From Lama guanicoe (Eukaryota), in contig MU053629.1 in the NCBI GenBank assembly GCA_013239625.1, positions 2,817,567 to 2,881,566 on the forward strand: a stretch of 64,000 nucleotides of DNA. Reading direction: 5' to 3'. Below are positions 25,635 through 35,964 of this stretch, piece after piece; position 1 is the stretch's first letter, and each line of letters starts with the position of its first letter. The notes under the pieces were generated by a model. The model was given only the letters and a program-made list of their open reading frames with translations, ran no database searches and was not told the DNA's origin. The position numbers and the translations under genes were made by a program.

Positions 25635-26669
25635 TTATGTTTATAGGGCCGTAAGGATTTAATGTCCTAGGAAGAGGGGCTACACCGGGGTCCCTTTGCA
25701 TATGAGCGTCTCTGCATGCAAGGGCTCCAGGCAGGCCGGTTACAGGACCACCTGCAAAATGACTCCTTCCAAACCATGCACTCTCCTGCTCCTTGGATGG
25801 AAGGTGGTGCACGTCCCAGTTTGGGAACCTCTGGTTGCAGCTGGGTTCTCCCGTGAGCATGTGGAATTGTGCGTTTGTGGTCCACACAAAGGGTAGGGTT
25901 CTCGGGCACATTGTGGGGGTACCCTGAGCCGCCAGGTGTCCTGCAGGAAGGGCTGCTCTGTGCCTGCCCACCCTTCGTGGGAAGGACCTACCTGTGATCT
26001 TCTGAACTGGGATCGGACTCTGTTCTACTTCACACACAAGTTATTTCTGTATGGCTTTAAGATACACTTAATTTTGCAGGAATATAGTGACGATGTGATT
26101 CTATCGAAACTTGTTTTTAGTGTCATTCAGACCATTACCAAGAATTCTCCCACATGTTGGAAAATCAAGCTCCTGGTAGAGTGGCTCAGAGTTTCTGAAT
26201 TGCCAGTAAATTCACTGGGATTGCTGTCACCACAGTAATTCAAATTATAGAGGAAGATGCCTATTTGCTCTCATTTGATAGTATTAAATATAAAGGTTGA
26301 ATCAAGTTGAATGTCATTTGTCTTTTCTTAAATCTAAATGGAAGAAAAATCTAAGCAAGCATCTGATTACCTAGTGTAGTTGAAGCCATGCACTCACCCA
26401 TTAAATTGTGTATTATTAAAAAGTATTCATCTTTAACTCTCCTCACTATCGTAACTATAGCTGCATAGATACACACACATATATAATTATATTTAAATTA
26501 TATGTGTAGAGAGATTGTTATTTCTGCATTTGACTTCAGAAAGTGAGAGGAGTGTTACAAAATACTTGACGTAAAATGGGTAAGGGTGTCATATATAACT
26601 GAAGCGTTGTGCTGTACACCAGAAATTGACACAACATTGTAAACTGACTATACTTCAATAAAAAAATCA

Positions 26670-26917
26670 CAAACTGTATGATTCCATTTATAGGAAACAC
26701 TCAGGACCGGCAAATCCACAGAGACAGGAGGGCGCTTAGTGGTGCCAGGGGCTGGGGAGGGAGAAGGGTGTCTCCTTTTGGGGGATGGGAATGTGTTGGA
26801 ACCAGACAGAGGTAGTGCTTGGGTAACTTTGTGAATGTGATAAATGCCACTGAGTTGTCCATTTCAGTGGTAACTAGGGAATTTTATGTTACGTATATTT
26901 TACCACAATTAAAAAAA
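26670..26917 (+). mobile_element. Old L1M 3' fragment
   Basis: GGCAAATCCACAGAGACAG...TATATTTTACCACAATTAAAAAAAA. Confidence 0.75.
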
Positions 26918-27375
26918 ATCATTATTCATCACATCAATAACTCAGCACCACAAGGAATTCCCATTTCTGCCAAGAGACCCTCTCTGCTTGCCTACATGAT
27001 TCTTGAGACCCCAGGTGACAATGTGGGGGCTGTGGAGTGTAAATGGGATGGTCCAGAGGCAGACACAGCGCTAGGCCCTCACGTAGATGCGTCCCCAACA
27101 CCGTGGGACAGAGTGTGCCTGGAGGGGTGACCGGCTTTATCATTGCACTGCCAACAGTCCTGTGCAGCTGGTGGCTGTGCACTGACTGACTAACCACAGC
27201 CCTGCTCGCCGGGGCCCAGGTCCCATTCCTCTCGTCCTGGGGCCAGGACCTGCCAGGTGAAGTGGCCGATGCTGCAGTCAGTCCACAGGCGCTACTGGAG
27301 CATGGACCCGGCCACAGAGTGAGGCTGGAGCACTTCCCGCCACTTGAAAACCCTCACGTTAAAAAAGTGACTTTT

Positions 27376-27511
27376 GGGGGGTAGGTATAGCTCAAGCGGT
27401 AGAGCGCATGCTTAGCATGCACAAGGTCCTGGGTTCAATCCCCAGTACCTCCATTAGAATTCTTTTTAAATAAATAAACCTAATTACCTCCCCCTGCCAA
27501 AAAAGAAAAGA
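27376..27511 (+). mobile_element. tRNA-Ala-derived SINE (Vic-1-like)
   Basis: tRNA-Ala(AGC)-like head, TAAATAAACCTAATTACCTCCCC body and A-tail. Imperfect TSD AAAAAAGTGACTTTT / AAAAAAGTAATTTTT. Confidence 0.9.
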
Positions 27512-28059
27512 AAAAAGTAATTTTTTTACATAACACACAGGAGCCCTGAAAGGTTATTTTCTCAGGTGAGCTGATAACACCACCCTGCCCCTGCCCGCCC
27601 TGCTCACCCTCCCCATGGTGGTTGGAGTTGCGTCCTTGCCCCTGCCCTGCAGAATCTGCCACTGAGGCCTCCTGGGGGGGGCCTCACTGAACCCTGAGGT
27701 CAAATCCTGCCTGAGGCTCCCCACATCATGTGCTCCGGCTCAGGCTGGCCTGCAGAGGTCACGCAGAGGTCTGGGTAGTCGGCCCCTGAAGCAGCATGTC
27801 CACTGTGCACAGAGGGGTCCCTACGAGCCAGTGTGAGCTAATTTCTTAGGGCCATTGCCCCCGTCTAGCTCAAGGAGCAAGGCCTGCCCCACTGCCCGGC
27901 CCATGTCCCTTTCCTGTGGCACCTGTGGGACTCAAACCTGCACCTTCTCCAGCCTGGCCTCCCCTCCTGTAAGGCTGTCAGCATAGCTGGCGCTGTCCTG
28001 GTTCCCTACAGCATCTCCTGTCCTTCCTCTGACCCTACCCAGGGCTGTACTGTGCGGTC

Positions 28060-28480
28060 AATCACTTCTCTGTCCTCAAGGCCTTTCTAGTTACTAGATA
28101 CTGTTTAATAATCATTAGGACCGGGTGGCCTCTGTGCTCTGTTAATCCCCAAACAATGAAAACCCTCGCTGACTTATGGCTGGTGCCCATGAGACCAGTT
28201 ACCCATTCATGAATCTTGACTTAGGAATGCATGTCATGTTTCCAAGCACCACTCGCCCCACCACCCCCAGGTTAACCATAAATTGTCCCATTGGCCCCTT
28301 GGCTGTGTGGAATGCAGCTGCAAATTCTTCTGATCTTTGTCCACTGGATCCCCGATCCCACCCGGGGAGTAAGTTACTGATAATAAACCAATCCATTGAT
28401 GACGTGGAGCTGCCTGCCTCCTTTTTCAGTCTCAAGATGCCGTCTCAGTTCGGTGGGCACTTCTCTTCCCCTCCGTCCTC
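28060..28480 (+). mobile_element. Possible ERV LTR fragment
   Basis: AATAAA at ~28382 followed by R/U5-like sequence. Family not recognised. Confidence 0.35.
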
Positions 28481-28495
28481 CAACACATCACCTGC

Positions 28496-28698
28496 AGCTG
28501 TGGGTTCAATAGTGTCCCCTCAATTGTATGTCCCTTCTAACCCCAGAATGAAGCCTTATTTTGAAAACAGGGTCTTTGCAGATGTGGTTAAGATGAGGAC
28601 CTACTGGACTAGGGACAGCCTGAAACCCAACGGCTGGTGTCCCTGTAAGAGGTGGGAAATCTGGACACAGACACAGAAGAGAAGCCACACCTGATGGA
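28496..28698 (+). mobile_element. MLT1 (A-C-like) LTR 5' half
   Basis: CCTTATTTTGAAAACAGGGTCTTTGCAGATGTGGTTAAGATGAGG signature. Confidence 0.8.
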
Positions 28699-31600
28699 CC
28701 CCCAACCCTATTCCTGACCTCTGCCCTCAGCTGCTCGTCTCTGTGTCCTCTCACCATGACAAATCCTGCCCCTGAGTATAAAGCTTCAGGGAGTCCTGGG
28801 ACCCTCCAAGAAAAAAGAACCCAGGGTGGTCCCAGGGACTCCAACCCCACAGTCGGGGTCAGAAGTTGGGGTGGTCTCAGGGCTCTGAAATCTGCAGGGC
28901 CCCTCTACCAGCGGAGGTATAGGAGACCCCAGGTTGTAGTGAAGCTGAGTCCGGGGTCCACCTGCATATGGGGCATCCTAGCCCCTCCCCTCTTCAGCCT
29001 GGTGTCTGGCCTGTGTCAAATGCCCTGTGACTCCCAGTGTTGGAGATGCCTGATGCTGTGGCCCCTGAGCTTCCAAAGATACCTGGGGCTCTCAAGGTGC
29101 CACACTGACATCTCATAGAAGGTTAAACCCCTCCCCCAGGGCGGGCCCGTCAGGTGCGTAATACCAATAGCTGCCGGCGGAAGTGGACCCCTTGAGTTGG
29201 AGCCCTCATGGCTCAGACACCCCTAAAGAATTATCACTGCAAATTATGGCTACGTTCTCAGACCAGCCAATCAAAACCTGTTAAATTCATTAAATATCTG
29301 AACGATTGTATATTGGCAATGAAAATATATTTAATAAAAACATTGAAAATACCGGCAATTAAATAAAACAGAAAAATCAGTAGAAAGGTTGACAAGTTTG
29401 GGATTGAGTTAATAATAAATACATACACTTAAAAAAAGATAATTAACTAGGTCAAACAGAAAGTTCTGCATGATAGAAAATATTCAGTTTATTTCAAGAC
29501 ATACCTCTGAATACATTGATATAGTTTATAATGATGTAAACACTGAATATTAGTCTAAGTAAAATTATGATAGAGCTACTATATTGAAAAGATGAGGGGA
29601 TGGGGAATGTGGGTGGAGATGGAAGAGAAAACAGCTAAATTCTCATTTTCCATAGTAGGGACACAACTAATAATGAATAAAAACCAAAAAAATCAGAGAA
29701 ACATTACAAATTTAACTTATTTAAGATCTATTTAGAGATTTGTTTTAGTACTTGACTCCTTAAGCTATGTGCCTGTGTAACCATAATAAAATGAAAACTT
29801 CAAAAAAGGTGATGTAGATCTCTGTATTGTTCGGGTGGACACCCCCCTGCCCTGAACCATCCTCCTCCTCAGCTCTCTACACTGCCTTGCTGCACCTGCT
29901 GGAGTCACTGCTCTTTGACACACACTGCTGCTCAAGGCCACCCTACCCTAGCAAGCTGGGATTCTGAAGGCTCTTTCCGGTCCCCTTTTACGAGGGCCCC
30001 TGCCCACCTGGCTCAGCGGGCTGAGACCTGCTCTCTCCCGCGGTCTCTGGATGCTCTGCCTGCAGCCGGACACACTGACCATGGCAGCATGGGAGCACTT
30101 CAGCAGGACTAAAGGGAGGTGACGCTGGTCACACTGCCCACTCCTCTTTGGAAGCTGCACCCTCTCTAGTGGAGACTCTGTATCCTCTCCAGCCTTCCCA
30201 GGGTCCTTCCCCTGGGCCTGTTCCACCCAACAGCCTTTCTCCCCTCACTTTCCCCAACAAACATGAAAGCACGTCTGCCCTATGACCCGCCCTCCCCTCT
30301 GATCTGTCAGACAAACTTAGCCTTTGAGGTGAAGCCAGTGGAAGAGCCGGAAAAGCCAGGGCAGGTGCACTGCCCCCTCATCTCCCGCTGTTCAAGCCGC
30401 TCACACTGCATCCCAGCACTCCCACCTTTTCCTACCATATCCTCGCCGCCCCCCACATGCTCAGATTCCTGCCTCCCGGTGTGCCAGCTCCCTGCCTTTA
30501 TCCCTCCGTGTCTGTGTGTAAAGTAGTCTTTGTGTGGAATGACTTCCTCCCACCTGGAGAAACTCATTCCTTAATACCTAATCCAAATGCCACCCCCTTA
30601 GTCCTCGCTGACCATCCTCTTTTCCACTGCCCAGAGGAAACAGTTGCTCACATTTGTCAAGGGCTGCGTGCCAGATACGAGGAGCTTTGTGTGAGTTTTT
30701 TCATATTGAAGCTTACAGCAACTCCTTGAAGGAGTACCATTATTAACCCTATGTTATAGAAGGCTGAAGCACACAGAGGTTCAGTACCTTGCCCGGGGTC
30801 ACACAGGAGGAAGTGGTTCAGTGGGAGACAGCGTGGCAGACCCTCTGGGTCAAAGCCTGAACTCCGAACTGCTGTCCTGCCCTGCCTGCTGGGGGCTCAC
30901 ACAACACTCTGCACGCAACACGTCTCTTTTTGTGCTGATCCTCTTTTGTTTACACGTCCATCTCCACTTCTGCACTGAAAATGCTCTGAGAGCAGAGAAT
31001 GTGTCTGATTGCTCTGAGTATCCCCAGATCCCTGAATCCCTTCGCACGAGCCAGGCCGTGGCAGCTGCTCAACTCGTGTTGCTCAAGGAGGAGTGAAGCC
31101 AGGATTAGACTTCCACTTCCGCACTGTGACCTTGGGCAAGGCACACAACCTCTCTGAGCTCTAATTTCTTTCTCTGGGGTGGGGAGGAACCATGAGGGGA
31201 ATAATAACACTACCTAACTGATGTCTTCCAGCTTATTGTGAAGATAAATAAGTACGGTGCAAAATCAGCATCTAATCTGTGAATAATAGCGTCTGCTACA
31301 CATGCTGTCCCTTAATAGAGTAAGTTAAGAGCAAAGTAAGACATTTTATAGCAGTTGCTGATGTTAGTGCCCTTTGCAATTATAGGCAAGAATGATTTCT
31401 GAGCATGCTACTGTCAGGGAGAAATACAGTGTTAAGCGGTGGGGCACACACCATATAAATGCCAGCAGTTGGTATTCAGAGGGAAATGTGTCACCTGCTC
31501 ACAGGTAACGTTATCCCTAACAAGGGTCTTACAGCTAATGATACCTTTATCCAAAGTAATATGCCGTTCTGGAGGATCAGCCTTGGGTCAGGCAGGTGGG

Positions 31601-34600
31601 AAATATCTGAGGTCAAGGTAGGGTCCAGTTACCCCCATGGTAGGCTTCTGTACCCACACTCCTTACTCATGTCCAGGAACCTGCTGTTCTCCCAAGATCC
31701 CTGGGGCTAAGTCATGTTCCTCTCCCCACCCAGCATCTATCTTCTCCCCAGGGCTTGGGCCTGACAGCTGAGGTCCTGGAGAGCAGACTGCTCCCACTGG
31801 CAGCCTGCACTCCTCGGAGGGGATGAGGTCAGGTCAATGGCAGGAGTGCCAACTTGAACTTCATAAATCACTTCCAACTTATTGGCCTCACTGCAACTCT
31901 GTGAAGATGATATTAGAACCCCCTTTAGAGTCTAAAGTTAGAGAAGCAGAGGGCTTGCTCCTGGGCACAACTGTTGGACTTAAACCCAAGTCTATCAGAT
32001 TCCAAATTCTCGAGTTTTTCCCATGCTCCCCCTTCCTTCTCTGGGCAAGTTCAGGGAGATTGCTCTCCAAGACCCACCCAGTACATGCTTCCTGAGCTCA
32101 GCATGAGCTCAGTCCCTGAAGGAACTCAGATTTCAGGCAAATACCGTATTTCCTTGATTCTAAGATAAAATCTTATTCACAGTTTTATATTTCCAAGATG
32201 AAGATCTTAAAAATGGTAACATCTTGGATTTTAGGAAATTTAGTTGGAGTCCTAGAGACTGTATTCGGGTGCCTCTGTTCAGCTACCAACTGGTGCTATG
32301 CATTTTGGGAAGTCACTTGACCTGCCTGTGCCTCAGGGCATTAGCCTGATTTTTGGTACCAGCTCTGCCACTTGATAGCTTTGTGGCTTTGCTATCACTC
32401 TCTGGGATTCAGCTTCATCTATAGAATGATGGGAAGTCACTGATTTTTTGACCTCTTCTTTGAAGCTGCAGAACATGGTTCCCCAATCATATGTAAGTAA
32501 AAAGCTCAGCTGCTCTGGTTGAAGTAAGGGTGGGAGGGCCTGGAACCCTATGGTTTCCTCAACTCCCTCCGCCCTGCCAGGGCCATCATCAACTTCCTCA
32601 CTTTGGCAGATTTCTCTGTTAAGCTCTGGTTTGGGAGAACAATGCTCCAGGAGGTGAAGACAGAGCTAGAGGACCTGGGCTTAAACGCAGATTCTTTAAG
32701 CAGCTGGGATGGCTATGGTATAATCACTTCCTGGCTCTGGACCTCAGCTTCTCATCTGTAAAGTAAGGCAGTAGATGAGACGATTTCGAAGAATCTATTC
32801 TGGCTCTGATATTCCACAAATGCAGTCTTTCATTGCTCTACTCCAAAGGTTGTATATTCTGGTTGTACATTGGGATCACCTCGGGAGCTTATAAAAAATT
32901 ATTGAAAGATGGCAGACTTCCACCCCCACCCCATGTTGATGTAATTGATCATAGGAAGGATTCAGACATCAGAGTTTTTAAAAGCTCCCCGGCAATTGCG
33001 ATAGCAACTAGGGCTGAGAAGCATCACCCTTCCAAACCTAAAGCCTCAGTGGGGGACAAAGAATAAAAATTCCAGCGACCTTTCAGAGGAGTCCTAAAAG
33101 CTTAAACTGGGGGAGAATTTGGTTTCTTTGTTACTCTTACAAGTGGATCGGTCAGTGAATGCTTGGGAACCTATAATCTTTCAATCAGATAATCATAAAT
33201 GAGGGAAGTCAAAACTTTTTTATTAAAAAATTTAAAAAGTTTTGGTATTCAAGTATCTAATAAGTGATTCCTACATACCTGACTCTAGCAGGTATGGGGG
33301 GGAGAACTAGCCCAGTGCAGCATGGCGCTTACTCTCACAGCCTGCAGTCTAACTGCGGAAACAAAACCAGAATGGCATAAAACTAAGTGCTAAATCTAAG
33401 ATAACCTTTATTGAGCGCTTTTACTGCATGCCAGGCACCAAGAGCTTTCTAGTATATGAAACGAATTTAATCCTCACAGTAACCCACTGGGGAGGGTCCT
33501 GTTGTTATTCCTATTTCACACCTAAGGAAGCCCAGGATCAGCGCGTTATGTAAACACGCACAAGCCCATAAAGCTAGCAAGTAGCAGAGGCCAGGGTGGA
33601 AGCAGGCTCCAGAGCGGATGCTGGTGTCACTTTGCAACACCACCTATGGAGATGGCCGGATAAGCTCTGTAGGGTGCCGAGAGGAACCTGGGTCTGGCTT
33701 TAAAGCATGCGTGCTACTCGGAAGAGGAAGGCCTCAGGATGCTTGTGGGTGAGGGAAGAGCCCAGGTGAGGGAAAGGGAGGCTAGGTCAGGTGACACAGG
33801 GCCTTGAATACTGGGGCGCAAGAGGGATTTGATTCGGGACTGGAGCGGGAAAGTGCGAATTCATCATGCCAGGAAGAAAGTGGCAGTGTCTGCTGGGTAT
33901 GCTAGTGAGGTGGGAGGTGAAGGTGGTCCTGAGAACCCATCGAGGGCAAGGGTTGTGTCCTTTTCATCTTTGCTTCTTCCTGGCCTAACACAGGCCTGGC
34001 ACAGGATTGTTACTAAATATTTGCAGAATGAAAGTTGAGAACTGCTTCTCTGAAGTCACTTGGAATTCTTAATCTTCGCCTTCAACTCCAACCCAGCGTG
34101 ACATTATAGGTCCTAGGCTGAGGCAGGAGCAGAGACAGGAATGAGGAGGAATGGACAGCTGAGACAACGCAAAGCGATTAACTGGCGAGGCAACACATCC
34201 CTAAGTGCTCAACACAACTACAGACAGTGGCGTTCACAGGCACGCTTAGGGTTACAACAATGACCGTACGTACGCCCAGAAACCAAGCCAACGGAGTCCG
34301 TTTCACAGAAGAGCGGTACGTTTCCAGAGCCCACCTGGTCAGAGGACTTCCCGCAAAGAACTGTCACCTGTGAATAGAACGTGAACTATGCGCTTCTGCG
34401 GGGTGCTTTTCCAGTGAGGATGGGTGGACGGGGGCGGGGGGTAGGCTCCTGGCACCGGCTGAGGACAACTATCCTGGCTAATTGTTCCCAGACTTCTATT
34501 TTAAGAACTCAAGTTTAGGAGCCAATTTAGAAAGAGTATCTTTTAGTAAGGGGCACACAAACTCCACAATCTCATTGCCAGTGCCAGTGTCATTGCCAGT

Positions 34601-35330
34601 GGAGCTGAATCCACTCTAGTCAGTTTCCATGGGAGCTCAACCTCTTCCAGGGCGGCAAGGCCGGGCCACCAGATCTGTGGACAGAACTAGGCTGATTAAC
34701 TTATCTAAATCCTGGTTGTTTCTCAGACCACTCCAAACTCGTAATAAAATTATGGTTTTGAGAGTCTCATACTGTAGCTGTCTCAACTCTGCTCCCCTCC
34801 CCCACCAAGGCATCAATCACTGTTTCTCATAACCACTTCGTGGGTGAGGTCTGGTCACAGGGAAGGCCAGGGGCCTGGAGGCCACGGCCCTTGCTCCGAC
34901 AGGACCCTGGGGCCTGAGAGCCACTGAGAAGTCTGCACCTCTGTGAAGAAGTCTTCGCAGTATGCTTACGGCCAGGTTGAAAGCTGATTTTTGATTAGCA
35001 ATAAATCCTGGCTGAATGAAAGAGACCGAGGTAGCCTATAAAAGTTTCCTATCTGGAGTACCATAGATGAACTATATGTATGCTGAGGTATTCATTCTTT
35101 AGAGTTTGGCAGGGGGGTCTGGCTGGTCCCTTCTGGCTACAAGCAATCTCAACAGGTTAACCTAGTCTACCTGTTTATCCCAGAATCATACAAATGTCTT
35201 TTTTTTTTTTAAGTGTCATGAGGTAAAAAGGATAGGTCTATAGCATTATCCTGTTTAAAGATAAATCTTTATTTCTAATAATTTTTGTATACAAATTAAT
35301 AAAGTTTTAAGACCCTAATACATTACATAG

Positions 35331-35480
35331 CAGTGGTTCTTTTTTTTTTTTTTTGAATCATTATCCCTTTGAGAATCTATAATGCCAAAGTCTTTCTCCC
35401 TAGAATGTGCCTCCACTCATTCATGCAATATTTTGTATACAACTTCAGAGGGTTACAGAATTCAGATTAAGTGTCCATTC
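35331..35480 (+). mobile_element. hAT-Charlie MITE (MER103-like)
   Basis: CAGTGGTTCT...CCCTTTGAGAATCT...TTTTGTATACAACTTCAGAGGGTT. Confidence 0.6.
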
Positions 35481-35964
35481 TGGAAGGATTCTCAGACAAA
35501 CCCACATTCACTAATTTCAGAGGAGCTCACTTGCTGCTTTCCCTCACCCTTTCTCTAGTACAGCTTCAGAAGACCAAAGGATTGTCAAGGAAATCTCTGA
35601 AGACAGCATTACACTGAACTCCCTTGAAATCTCCCGGGGAGCATGCAGAAACCACTATCAACTCCAAGAGGCATTCCAGAGAAACTCCTAGCTGCTAACC
35701 ATTGGCTCCAAGCATCAGCTACCCTGCAGAACCAACACTGGTTGTCGGGAACCACTTACAGGTACAGAGCCGTTCTCTGCACACCTCCGTTTGGGTTTGG
35801 ATGCATTTTTGGTTAGTGTTTATACCAGAAACCTCACGTAATTACCTTGCAGTCTCCCTTCTCCACTGCAAGCACATGACCTTGCTCGTGTGTTAATCAC
35901 TCACAGTTGCCACTAATCAAGGCAAGAGTGTACAAATGGGGAGTGGGGCGAAAAGGAACATTTT

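Noticed and set aside
27381..27453. tRNA-Ala gene
   Set aside because: It is followed by the SINE body and A-tail, flanked by a TSD, and has two similar copies in the window. It is a SINE head.
28176..28694. 172-aa ATG ORF
   Set aside because: Chance read-through of an LTR-like segment into an MLT1.
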